A stretch of 64,000 nt of DNA from an uncultured cyanobacterium (GTDB taxonomy: Bacteria > Cyanobacteriota > Cyanobacteriia > Cyanobacteriales > Nostocaceae). Below are positions 9,703 to 19,876 of the stretch, one piece after another. Made by a program: the position numbers and the translations under genes. The stretch is from contig CAVUDP010000002.1 in NCBI GenBank assembly GCA_963740315.1, positions 1,952,001 through 2,016,000 on the forward strand, given 5' to 3'. Within the stretch, counting starts at the first letter, position 1, and the number at the start of each line of letters is the position of its first letter. The notes beneath the pieces are model-generated. The model was not told the origin of the DNA and did not search any database. It saw only the letters and a list, made by a program, of their open reading frames with translations.

Positions 9703-10667
9703 AGCAACTCTTGAGATTGACGATACTCTCTAACTGCAATCAAAGAATCAATAATTGGATTTAAACAGCGTTTTGCATCTTCATAACCTTGCTGTTTTAA
9801 TTTCGTAATTCGCTGACTGCTGAAATCTAACCAACTATCTACTACACCCACAACAGGAATCTCTGATTTATTAATAGCTTTGTCCGGTCTAATTTCAATA
9901 ATTGTTTGTTCGGGAAAGTCATTACGATTCCACACCGAACCATTTTTTAAATGAATTACAATCACGTTTTTACATCCGCGTTTAGCTAAAGCTGTTAGCG
10001 GTACATTATCAACCAAACCACCATCAATATAATTTTTACCGTTAACTTCTCGACTGGGAAATGCAAGAGGAAGAGCAGCACTTGCTAACAGTAAATTATA
10101 AATAGTTTCATCATCCATACAGTCTTGTAAACACAGCCAACAAGCACCAGCACCCGTTTTTGCACGAATCAAATTAATTAACAAGTCGTAACCCAAACCG
10201 GGAATTTTTAAAGAAGGAAATACCGTCACCCATAATTCAATATTTTTTCGTAAGGTATTAGGATGAACGGCTTGTTTTAATAATTGTTCGATGGGTTCGG
10301 GGTCAAAAATTGAGGTTTTATTATTCTTAAATCCTTGTTTGATTAAAAAATCAACTAACCAGTGTCTTAAATTAGGAGTAAAAGCTAGAGTAGCGTAGCT
10401 AAGAGTTTGGAGAATTGTAGCTGTATGAGGACGTAATATTTCCGCTTCTCCTAACTGTTCCCAAAATTTATTTAAACGCTCTACGGCATGGGAAAATGGA
10501 AAATAAGATGATAAAACCGCACCATTTAAAGCACCGATGCTTGTTCCAGCAATGATTTGTGGTTGCAATCCTAATTCAGCAATATATCGAACAGCACCAG
10601 CTTGATAAGCACCTTTAGCACCACCACCAGTTAATACAAGTCCGAATTCAGGTTGATTTAATTTCAT
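9660..10667 (-). CDS. Patatin-like phospholipase
   Basis: LVLTGGGAKGAYQAG, AGTSIGALNG (GxSxG nucleophile), LASAALP, YIDGG (catalytic Asp). Confidence 0.92.
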   Translation of the reverse strand: MKLNQPEFGLVLTGGGAKGAYQAGAVRYIAELGLQPQIIAGTSIGALNGAVLSSYFPFSHAVERLNKFWEQLGEAEILRPHTATILQTLSYATLAFTPNLRHWLVDFLIKQGFKNNKTSIFDPEPIEQLLKQAVHPNTLRKNIELWVTVFPSLKIPGLGYDLLINLIRAKTGAGACWLCLQDCMDDETIYNLLLASAALPLAFPSREVNGKNYIDGGLVDNVPLTALAKRGCKNVIVIHLKNGSVWNRNDFPEQTIIEIRPDKAINKSEIPVVGVVDSWLDFSSQRITKLKQQGYEDAKRCLNPIIDSLIAVREYRQSQELLINSTQQLLNDAPL

Positions 10668-10687
10668 TGGATTATTTTTACTTCAAA

Positions 10688-10878
10688 ATCTCGGAAACCT
10701 AACCCCCTAACCCCCTTCCCTACGAGGGAATGGGGGAACTGGAGTTAAAGTCCCCCTTTTTAAGGGGGATTTAGGGGGATCTTACGAGATGTGTGTACAC
10801 CGTAGTAGCCTCGTAGGAGAAAGGTACCTACGAGAAAACGCTTTGCGTTCATGGAGAGAGGTCAAAATGTGGTTTATT
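10688..10878. repeat. REP-like element with nested insertions
   Basis: Inverted copy of 4201-4312 with extra blocks (cccctttttaagggggatttagggggatc...; acctacgagaaaacgctttgcgttc). Confidence 0.7.
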
Positions 10879-11887
10879 TACTTGAAATTATTCTTAAACA
10901 ATCATTTGCAGTTTCTTCTACCACAGCAGTAATAAACTCTCTTGCGTCGCTGGTACGAGATATAGAATTAATTTGATTCCGACAAAGCGAAACGGCAATT
11001 TGTCCGGGTTTATCTGGTTTTGCTGTTTGTGGAATTGCTAATTCCAGAGTTGTACCAATAATAAATAAATGAGGAATATCAAATAAACGTTGCTGGGAGA
11101 AAGAACGAATTTCTAATAAACTTGCTGTTAATTCTCTATCATCTTCCGTCATTAAACTAGAAGAATAATCTAATAAATCACCAATTCCAAAAAAGCTGTT
11201 AGGTAATTGTTTGTGTGTAGCAATAATTTTATTAACTAACAATTCCCGAAAACGTTGGGTGTCTCCCGTTTCCAATTCGTAAATAATTACAGCACTGCTG
11301 AAAACTTCTTTTGCGAGTAAAGCAACTTGTATAGTCCAAGGTAAATTATTATAAGTTTGTCCAGCAGCCCAAGCAGTTATTATTCTATCTAAATCTTCAT
11401 TTGCAGCAACTCGTATTTCTAATTGACGCAATCGCGTTTCAATGTTATTTATACGGGTGTTGATTTGTTCTACAAGTTGAGTTAATCTCTCTTCTTGTAA
11501 TTGTAAACACTGTTTTTGATTGCGAATAGCGTTACGTGCTTCTAACAAAGACTTTTGGGTAACTTCCAAAGCGATTTGAGAGATATTGAGAGAATCAGTA
11601 AGCTCTAAAACCCAATTGTGTAAAGCTTCTTGACCTGCAATAATGTTTCCATCAAGTAATATTCTGCGTTTACCGTCGCTACCGTCGAGTTTATCGAATA
11701 ACTTTCCGAAAAAACCGCGATTTTTGCGATAGCGAATCATGTCTTTGTTAACTTGAATTCCGTTGACTAAGTTAATTAAAGCTTTGTCGCTGACGGTGGG
11801 AATGCGGTTTTGGAGTTGTGAGAGATGGTTGGTAGAAAGGCTGATTTTATTATTAGCTAATTTCGTTAGAGGAGAAATACTTTTCAT
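10874..11887 (-). CDS. YjcZ/RdcB-like coiled-coil partner of the dynamin-like GTPase
   Basis: ATGA overlap with the upstream dynamin gene; central coiled coil; DRIITAWAAGQTY resembles the YjcZ EQIFTRWRAGAY segment as recalled. Confidence 0.65.
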   Translation of the reverse strand: MKSISPLTKLANNKISLSTNHLSQLQNRIPTVSDKALINLVNGIQVNKDMIRYRKNRGFFGKLFDKLDGSDGKRRILLDGNIIAGQEALHNWVLELTDSLNISQIALEVTQKSLLEARNAIRNQKQCLQLQEERLTQLVEQINTRINNIETRLRQLEIRVAANEDLDRIITAWAAGQTYNNLPWTIQVALLAKEVFSSAVIIYELETGDTQRFRELLVNKIIATHKQLPNSFFGIGDLLDYSSSLMTEDDRELTASLLEIRSFSQQRLFDIPHLFIIGTTLELAIPQTAKPDKPGQIAVSLCRNQINSISRTSDAREFITAVVEETANDCLRIISSK

Positions 11888-14268
11888 TCTTTATCCTCCA
11901 TTAAGTTATTTGTGCGTTGTAGATACATTTCTGTTTGTCGAAGCTTTTTGGCAGATTCTGAAAATAAAGCATCTAAATTAAAAGTTAATTGAGATTTTTG
12001 GTCAACTTCTATTTTTTGATCTTCTTGCGCTTGTTTTAAAGTGTTACAGTAATTATTTAAATAGTTGTCGAGATTATTAAACAATTGATTAATACGCTGT
12101 TTGAAATCATCATCTAAGTATTGATAAACATTTTGTTTAATATTTTCAATACTTTCATCAATTAATCTATTAGATTGATCGCTAATTTCTCGTAATGAAA
12201 CAGTATAGTATTCTTCTTTTGTATCTGGTCGTTTGACTCTTATTTTTTCTTTCTTTGGAACTATCCCTAACCAATGCCAAAAACTTCTTTTTTTAACTAC
12301 TTTTGTTTTATAACCTTGGTCAACCCATCTACTTTCATGGTTGATTTTAGCTTTGGGTTCATAAAGAGTAAGAGAATTTATTTTCAAATCAGGTAGTGAT
12401 AGATTAATATTAAAATTTTCATTTAGTCTTGTTTGTGCGCGTTTAATAATTGGCTGAGTCTCGTCTTCTAAAAAATCAGTTAAATTTTGACGAGCAGATT
12501 CGATATCTTTTTGAAATTCTCTGCGAACTTTTTCTAAAAAAGGCTCTATGATATTGCGTTTTACAGAAGCAATCGCATCTTCTGAAAAATATTCTGCTTG
12601 ACGTAAAGTTGGAAATTCAATTACACCTTGACTTTGTGATTGTATTTCAACGTGTCTAAACTTATTAGAAGCCCAATTAAAAAAACTTTGGGCAGCCATA
12701 CCTCCTTTTTGAATTAAATCAGCACGTTGATATCTCTCTTCGGTAAAATATGCTTCAAGAGATGCTTGAGCCTCTGTTTCTAGTTTTTCAAGAATTTTAT
12801 CTAATTTATTTTCTAAATCAACTTTGATTTTATCTACTTCTTTTAAACGATGATGACATTCTTCTAAAGATTTCAAATCTTGTTCTAATAAATCAACTTC
12901 TTGCTGTAGTTTTTCATCATCTTGATTTATCGCACTATTCCGAAGCTGTACATCATTATTCAACTCACTTAAATAATGATTTGCTATTTGCAGCGTTGAC
13001 TTCATACACCTTGGTGCAGCTTCTCTCATCAAAGCAGCGATCGCACCATTCAAAAATGGCTCGAAACCTGATTTTTTCCATAATTTATCAGCTTTTTCCT
13101 TTAATTTATCAACTGCCGCATCTTCTAATTCTTCTTCCCAATCAATTCCAAATACTTCTTGCGCTAAAGCACGTACCGTATTCATTTGGGCAACTTTCGC
13201 TTGTGGAAACTGCTGCAATTCCATCAAAAAATTTGCAGAAGTAAACGCACGTCTCGCAGAAATTTCAAAGACTCGATTTTTATCCCCAACACCAATACCA
13301 AATTCAGCAGCAACAAAATCCTCAACTTCTTGTGGATTCATATCACCATCACGACGCTGATCTATTTTATTAACTAAGACATACAGGTTATCTTTTCCCC
13401 GTATATCAATAACTCTTTGAACGTCTTCTTTAAGCTTTTCCGCAGCTTTGTTTTTTAATTGAGTAAAATCTAAAACAATTAAAACTATCGAACTTTTAGC
13501 AAGTTGTTCAGCTACAACTGGTTGAAGTCTTAAATTTTCTCCCGCTTCATTTGGTCCCGGAGTATCAACTATTACGAGTTTTCCTTGAGTTTTCGATTCT
13601 TTATTATCTTCTACAGATCGCCAAAATGGTGTTCTAATTCGAGGAACATCTTCAAGATATTGAATTGGATCTGATTGCGGATCTAAAATACTGCAAAGCC
13701 TAACAATATCATTCAAACTTGTTAAAGTATGAGCAATCTTTTTATGCCCTTCAGACTTACGAGATATTAACTCATCAACCGTTAATTCCTGAATTAACTT
13801 TGGCATTTTTTGCAGGTGAGGATAGGTTGCAAGTCTTTCTTTGACTCTTTCCGAACCTAGTTGAATAATCTTATTTCGCAAAGAAACTAAAGTCTTTTGA
13901 AAAACAGATAAAACTTTAGGACTCAAAGTTAAAACAGGTTGATCTAAATCGGCATCAAAAATAATTTCAGTAGGAAGCGTTGTCATTGCAGAATTGCGAC
14001 TGGGGAGAATATCTTGTCCTGCAACTGCATTAACAATTGTTGATTTACCAGCTTTCATTGGAGCAACAATAGCCATTCTCAACTCCAAATTTTCAACCTT
14101 ACTGGTTTCGTTTCTTATTTGTTTTTCAAAGTCAGCATACTTGTTATCAACGTTATCGGAACTTAGTGCAGTACTAGCACGGCTCATTAAATCGCTAATT
14201 TCACCTAATAACTCAATAACGTCCTGCTGCAACTCTTGTACGTTGGGAGTAAGTACTTCAGCGAGCAT
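11884..14268 (-). CDS. Dynamin-like GTPase, CrfC/YjdA/RdcA family
   Basis: G1 APMKAGKST, LPSRNSAMTTLPT (G2), SLNDIVRL, DTPGPNEAG (G3), VLDFTQL, LVNKID (G4), long helical stalk. Confidence 0.88.
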   Translation of the reverse strand: MLAEVLTPNVQELQQDVIELLGEISDLMSRASTALSSDNVDNKYADFEKQIRNETSKVENLELRMAIVAPMKAGKSTIVNAVAGQDILPSRNSAMTTLPTEIIFDADLDQPVLTLSPKVLSVFQKTLVSLRNKIIQLGSERVKERLATYPHLQKMPKLIQELTVDELISRKSEGHKKIAHTLTSLNDIVRLCSILDPQSDPIQYLEDVPRIRTPFWRSVEDNKESKTQGKLVIVDTPGPNEAGENLRLQPVVAEQLAKSSIVLIVLDFTQLKNKAAEKLKEDVQRVIDIRGKDNLYVLVNKIDQRRDGDMNPQEVEDFVAAEFGIGVGDKNRVFEISARRAFTSANFLMELQQFPQAKVAQMNTVRALAQEVFGIDWEEELEDAAVDKLKEKADKLWKKSGFEPFLNGAIAALMREAAPRCMKSTLQIANHYLSELNNDVQLRNSAINQDDEKLQQEVDLLEQDLKSLEECHHRLKEVDKIKVDLENKLDKILEKLETEAQASLEAYFTEERYQRADLIQKGGMAAQSFFNWASNKFRHVEIQSQSQGVIEFPTLRQAEYFSEDAIASVKRNIIEPFLEKVRREFQKDIESARQNLTDFLEDETQPIIKRAQTRLNENFNINLSLPDLKINSLTLYEPKAKINHESRWVDQGYKTKVVKKRSFWHWLGIVPKKEKIRVKRPDTKEEYYTVSLREISDQSNRLIDESIENIKQNVYQYLDDDFKQRINQLFNNLDNYLNNYCNTLKQAQEDQKIEVDQKSQLTFNLDALFSESAKKLRQTEMYLQRTNNLMEDKE

Positions 14269-14610
14269 AAAATTTTATCCTATAAATGAAATGTAAATTT
14301 AATTAAAGTTAAAGTTATCAATTAATTCACATTCATTTTTGCCGATAAAAATCACAATGCAATCAGTGAAAATACAGTTGTAGGCTGTTTGATTGCGGAG
14401 CGTAACGCACCTTGATGGGAATGTTCGCTCTGATATACTCCAAATATCTATGATTGATAAAATATTTTGTTTATGGGTACCTCTCATTTACTCTTTAGTC
14501 CTATTTATAGGAATGCCAGCTATTAGCTTGGGGTTTGCAACCTCAAGCGAGTATGAAAGAAAACCCATCAATTAAACCTTATCCAGCAAAGGCTGGTAGT
14601 CATCTTTAGC

Positions 14611-14799
14611 CGTAGGTTGGGTTAGACACGAAAAGCAATATTGAACAACAACGAAAATATTTATTAATCGTGTCGTAACCCAACATTATGGTTTGAGGAG
14701 AATATTAACAATTAAAATTAAAGCGATGATGTTGGGCTAAAAGCGCATCTTAACATTTGATAAACCATAATTTACTCGCGCTTTTAACCCAACCTACGA
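14611..14799. repeat. Long REP/MITE-like palindrome cgtaggttgggtta...taacccaacctacg
   Basis: Terminal inverted repeats with internal aacccaaca/tgttggg arms; same family at 9291, 9498 and 49805-49974. Confidence 0.8.
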
Positions 14800-14840
14800 G
14801 ATTGATAATTGATAATTAATAATTGATAATTGTTCATTGC

Positions 14841-15620
14841 CTAAACAAATTTCGTCAACTGCATCCGATATCTTTCTTTCTTCGTAACAGCAATTTCCCC
14901 AACTTCCAAACGTCCTTTACCGCGAATTGCAATCAAATCTCCGGTTTTTATTTGATGAGAAGATTGCTTAATATCTTTCCAATTAACCCGCACGTCACCA
15001 GCATTTATTAAATCAACCATTTTGCTGCGAGACATTCCAAAACCAGCAGAAGCGATCGCATCCAATCTTAAAGATGCTTCCACGGTGGTTAATTCTTTTT
15101 TCTTCGGTTCTCTTACTTTTAATTCACTCAAATCTATCCTTTGAGTCTTGACAGGAACCGAACGCACCTGATTCAAATTTGCTTCGAGAAAATCAGCCAA
15201 TTCCGGAACAACAACTACCTGCGCTCCACGTTCGCCAAGTACAATAATATCGCCAGTTTTCTCGCGTACAATTCCCGTTCCCAACATCGCACCCAAAAAA
15301 TCGCGATGATTCGCGGTATCAAACAGGAAATTACCAGCAATATTTAAAGCAATAAGTTCAACTTGCGACTCATCCATCATGAGATCGCTACGTGCGATCG
15401 CAATTCTTTTTCGTTCAGCTTGCGGATATCCACCCCACGCTAACAACTCCACCTCAGTTAACCGACTAAAAGCTTGTTGAGCTTCAGCCAATTCCGGTGG
15501 TGAAAGAAAATCAGTAAAAACAACTTCCCAAGTTTTAATAGCTTGTTCCGCACAATCAATTACACGCGCTACAGTATCTCGATTTTCAACGCTCTTTAAA
15601 AGTTCTTCTCTTGGCAACAT
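14841..15620 (-). CDS. Photosystem II S4-domain protein (YlmH/Sll1252 family)
   Basis: TDFLSP, GGYPQAERKR, HRDFLGA, SLRLDAIASAGFGMSRSK S4 motif. Confidence 0.92.
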   Translation of the reverse strand: MLPREELLKSVENRDTVARVIDCAEQAIKTWEVVFTDFLSPPELAEAQQAFSRLTEVELLAWGGYPQAERKRIAIARSDLMMDESQVELIALNIAGNFLFDTANHRDFLGAMLGTGIVREKTGDIIVLGERGAQVVVVPELADFLEANLNQVRSVPVKTQRIDLSELKVREPKKKELTTVEASLRLDAIASAGFGMSRSKMVDLINAGDVRVNWKDIKQSSHQIKTGDLIAIRGKGRLEVGEIAVTKKERYRMQLTKFV

Positions 15621-15627
15621 TTTATAA

Positions 15628-15714
15628 AGTTAGGAGTTAGGAATTAAGAGTTAGGAATTAGGAATTAGGAGTTAGGAATTAGGAGTTAGGAATTAGGAGT
15701 TAGGAATTAGGAGT
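15628..15714. repeat. Heptamer tandem repeat (TTAGGAA/TTAGGAG), STRR-type
   Basis: About 12 consecutive 7-bp units. Confidence 0.9.
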
Positions 15715-15785
15715 TCAATTTAATTTTAGTACGAGTTGATAACGAGTTGGGGATTTCCAAATTAATAAATATCCAATTTGGATAA

Positions 15786-16049
15786 GTAGTGCGAGCATCT
15801 TGCTCGCTTGAATACAACCAGCATCTTGCTCGCTTGAATACAACCAGCAGCATCTTGCTCGCTTGAATACAGCCAGCATCTTGCTCGCTTGAATACAGCC
15901 AGCATCTTGCTCGCTTGAATACAACCAGCATCTTGCTCGCTTGAATACAACCAGCATCTTGCTCGCTTGAATACAGCCAGCATCTTGCTCGCTTGAATAC
16001 AACCAGCATCTTGCTCGCTTGAATACAACCAGCATCTTGCTCGCACTAC
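15786..16049. repeat. 26-bp tandem array bounded by 12-bp inverted repeats
   Basis: Nine full units plus one partial of agcatcttgctcgcttgaataca(a/g)cc; ends are gtagtgcgagca and tgctcgcactac. Confidence 0.95.
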
Positions 16050-16162
16050 CGTCATTGGATAAAATCCGTTCGAGAAAAATTTAATTGTAGAAAAACAAAG
16101 AGCTTCTAGCTAGCACAACTTATTATATAAATTGTATATTTTTATTTATAATTTGATTAATT

Positions 16163-16310
16163 TCTCCCCCTCTCCCCATCTCCCCATCTCCCCATCTCCC
16201 CATCCCCCCCTCTCCCCATCCCCCCCTCTCCCCATCCCCCCCTCTCCCCATCTCCCCATCTCCCCATCCCCCCATCTCCCCCTCTCCCCATCCCCTTGTC
16301 TCCCCATCCC
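16163..16310. repeat. Octamer tract (CTCCCCAT and variants)
   Basis: Direct observation; reverse complement of GGGAGATG tracts. Confidence 0.9.
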
Positions 16311-16311
16311 T

Positions 16312-16809
16312 TTACTCAGCTGCATAACCTTGAATATTCTCCGGTTCAAACTGACGTAAAAGCCTGGTTGTTTCGCGTTTGGCACTGTCAACGCCTTCGA
16401 CTATAACTATATATTTACCAGCATCCAAGCGGTTGCGATAAGGTAAAGCGTCACCACCACCAACAACTAAACCGACACCACCACCGACAAATGTGGCTCC
16501 TAAAGCACCACTACCAGCACCTAATAATCCGCCGATAAAGTGATTGCCGATAACTCCAGCCCAAGCAAAAGTATTTAACCCGGTAATTAAACTGAAAGAA
16601 AACCCAGCAAAAAATCCAAACGGTACCAGCCAATAAGACATAAACTTCGCTTGTTTTTTAGCTTGTTCTTTAGGATCGATTAAACCAAATTCATCAGCTG
16701 ATTTATAGCCTCTACCAAGTATGCTACTTTTGATGCCTTTTTTTTCTAAGGCGGTATAAGCTTCTTCTGCTATCATCCTGTCTGGAAATACTGCAACGAG
16801 ATAGTTCAT
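16312..16809 (-). CDS. Conserved cyanobacterial membrane protein (glycine-zipper-like)
   Basis: 165 aa; GYKSADEFGLIDP, Gly-rich hydrophobic helices, LPYRNRLDAGKY. Confidence 0.8.
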   Translation of the reverse strand: MNYLVAVFPDRMIAEEAYTALEKKGIKSSILGRGYKSADEFGLIDPKEQAKKQAKFMSYWLVPFGFFAGFSFSLITGLNTFAWAGVIGNHFIGGLLGAGSGALGATFVGGGVGLVVGGGDALPYRNRLDAGKYIVIVEGVDSAKRETTRLLRQFEPENIQGYAAE

Positions 16810-17054
16810 TAAGGTTAAAGCTTTTATCTAAAATTTATCTGGAAAAGATTCGCTCTAACTAATAGCGTACCAGTACTATCGCCATCAATTCGATTTGTTA
16901 ATTACTGTTAAAGGGAGATGGGGAGATGGGGAGATGGGGAGATGGGGAGATGGGGAGAGGGGGAGATGGGGAGAGGGGGAGAATTTTAACCTTTAACCTT
17001 TAACCTTTGACCTTAATTACTCCTAACTATTCCCAATCCCCCATGCCCCATCCT

Positions 17055-17438
17055 TTATTCTTCAGTAACTAAATCTAAAGGTTCGCAAAATTCCGGTATA
17101 CCTTGCTTAAAAACATAAAGTAAAACCGGAGTTACTAATACAGTGGGGAATGTGGGCGTTTTTTGGATTTGTTCCATTAGTTTGTCTACAGAACCTTCTT
17201 GCAAATCCGCACGCCATTCTTCCTGACAAATTAGCGATCGCCATTTTTTCGCTAAACTATCCAACCATTCGGAATTAGCAATTTCTGGCTGTTGTCCGGC
17301 TTTTATAGCTAATGTCATTGCGGCATCTTCCAAATCTCCGTCGCAATCTTCAATCAAATCTAATGCTTGCAACGCTGGAGGATAACTGGCAAATGTAGAG
17401 CGAAATCGGGCAATTTCTTGTGATGTAACTGTAGTCAT
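17055..17438 (-). CDS. Conserved hypothetical protein
   Basis: 127-aa ORF with ALDLIEDCDGDLEDAA motif; co-oriented with its neighbours. Confidence 0.75.
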   Translation of the reverse strand: MTTVTSQEIARFRSTFASYPPALQALDLIEDCDGDLEDAAMTLAIKAGQQPEIANSEWLDSLAKKWRSLICQEEWRADLQEGSVDKLMEQIQKTPTFPTVLVTPVLLYVFKQGIPEFCEPLDLVTEE

Positions 17439-17720
17439 AAGAATATCGTATTATCAGATAAATCTTACAGCATTTTAACTACAAAAAGTTAGCTATAATA
17501 CAAATTAGATATAAGCGACGGTACAGGTTTAACAGTTTCTAACCCTAAATAATTAATTTTTTAAAATAATTTTAAATTTGAAAGAAAGCGATCGCACACC
17601 ATGTTGATTGTTGTAAATAAAACCCTAATAACACCTAAAAAACGTAATTAGTCAAAAGTTTCTAGTTACAAGTTTAAACACTAATGACTAATTACTATTT
17701 ACTAATAACTAATAGTTAAC

Positions 17721-19789
17721 TTAAGGCAACCCGCGTGCAGTAACGGAGCGTTGCAAATTAGCTAAAGCGCGATTGTAATCCAATATGGCATTAATTCGAT
17801 TACCTTCGGCTCTAGTAAGAGCATTTTCCGCATCAATTACTTCGAGTTGAGTTCCAACACCCGCTTGAAAGCGCAATCGAGCTAATCTCAAAGATTCTCT
17901 AGCTTGATCTAAAGCTGCTTGGGAGGTTTGCACGTTCTCCAGGTTGGATTGCAGTTCTGAATAAGCTTGCTCTACTTGAAAGCGGATTTGATTGCGCTGC
18001 TGAGAAAACTGAGTTTCAGCTATATTGATGTCGGCTTTTGCCTGTGCTGCTTGCGCTTTTGATGCACCGCCATCATATAAGTTGAGGTTTGCCTGCAATG
18101 CTACGCTGTAACCGTCGGTTAATCCCACCCCATCATTAAAGCTATCAAGTACATTGTAGTTGGCAACAACACTAACTTGGGGACCGAGTTGCGAAAGTGC
18201 TAGCCGTCGCTGTTGTTCGTTAATATTGCGCTGTGCTAACTGTTGTTGCAATTCGGGACGGTTTTGATAAGCCAAAACGATACTATTTTCCAGCGTTTGG
18301 TTCCACAAACCAGCCAATTTTACCGGATCTGCTGCTGCAACAGTTGCTGACTGAGATAAGTTCAACCGCGTCACTAACTGACGGCGAGAAATTCTCTGTT
18401 GCGAAAGAGCGTTAGTTAACTGTTGCTGAGAGTTTGCTAAGTTAACCTGAGCGCGTAAGGAATCAAAGCGGGTACCAACACCAGCTTGTTCTAATGCCTG
18501 TGCATCTCGTAAACTTGCTTCGGCGTTGACTACAGCAGCCCTTGAAATCCGAACTTGTTCGTCTGCTTGCTGCAAGTTGTAATAATCGGTGGCTACGTTA
18601 AGGCGAATTTCTTCAGATAACCGCTCAACGTCCAATTCTTGCAAGCGCACCTGTTCTTCCGCTTGTTGGATGCGAGCCGATCGCGCTCCGGAAGTGTATA
18701 AATCGTAACTGATTTGCGCCCCACCATTGAAGCTGGTAGTAGGCGAATTATCAAACTCCGTTCTTTGTTCGGGTGGTAGGTTTTCCTGTTGTTGTTCTCG
18801 AAGTTGGTTACTAAGCCCATTGCTTGCGCTGTTAGAACGACCAACTTGAGCATTCAAACCCACGTTAGGCAATAAAGCAGCTTGTTGAACTTTCAAACCA
18901 GATTGCGCCCGATCTAACTGCAATAAAGCTACCTGTAGCTCTTGATTGTTACGTCTTGCTAACTCCAACGCCTGCTCCAAAGTAATCGGTTGAATTTGGT
19001 CAACTCTTACTTCCTCTGGTTGGGTGGGATATTGCAGGGGGTTGGCGCTGGGGTCAAGACTGTTAGGAATCGGTACTGGACCCTGCAAAGATGGTCTTGT
19101 TGGCTGTACCGGAGCCGGAGAGAGTGCTTGAGCTATTTTAGTATCGGGAATAGAATTAATTCGTCCGCAAACTGAAGCAGCCGAAACTGATAAAACCCAC
19201 GCCAGTTTTGGATTATGTCCTCTCGTTGAGGTATGCTGCTGTGTGGGACAGCTTTCTACCTCTAATAGCTTTGCGGCTCCAGGTCCTGCTGCAATTTGCT
19301 GTAATTTTTGAAATGTTTTATCGTTATTGTTTTCCTTTATTACTGCTGGGGTAATTTTTCCAATTCCAGAGGAATTACCTTTTGAATCCAAAACGTTTTG
19401 GGAAGAACGTTTTTTTGGCGCTTGTCTCAAACTATCGGAAGCATCCAAGGTACTAGCTGTATCTTGATTATTTCCCCCATCGCTTCGTTCGATACCCCAC
19501 TTTTAGGAGCTACTCTCACTTTTGCGCTAGGATTGACTGGTTTTAAATTGCCCGATTCTACTCCTGCTGGAGTAGCTGGGGCTGGATATGTTTTGTCAAC
19601 CGTATCTTTTCGCGGAATAAAAGTATCAGATAAAACGTCTTCACTACTCGTACTCGTAGTAAAGATACTCGGATAAGTACCCAAATGTGAGTTATCAACA
19701 GTCACAGTGTCAGCCCAAGCAGGCTGAGTTGTTAGGACCGCTGCTGTCACACCGGGCAAGAAACTATTTAATATTCGCTGTGCTTTCAC
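17721..19789 (-). CDS. tolC: TolC-family outer membrane efflux protein (HgdD-like), split by an apparent -1 frameshift at ~19430-19502
   Basis: ORF 19427-19789 carries the signal peptide MKAQRILNSFLPGVTAAVLTTQPAWA; ORF 17721-19448 carries the OEP repeats (ITLEQALELA, GVGTRFD, RLRFQAGVGTQLEVIDAE). Lies directly downstream of kaiC. Confidence 0.85.
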
Positions 19790-19876
19790 CGCATTTCCTC
19801 ACACTACAACCAAGCGGTAGAACTGTTGTTTTCTCACCACAGACTATATCACCCTTAAAACCCTTACAATGTCAAC

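Noticed and set aside
9660..10667. CBASS system (CapV)
   Set aside because: No CD-NTase or cap genes nearby; the patatin is linked to a dynamin pair instead.
15786..16049. CRISPR array
   Set aside because: Units are contiguous with no unique spacers, and there are no cas genes in the window.
15707..16055. Three overlapping ORFs of ~100 aa
   Set aside because: Translations of the 26-bp tandem repeat in all frames.
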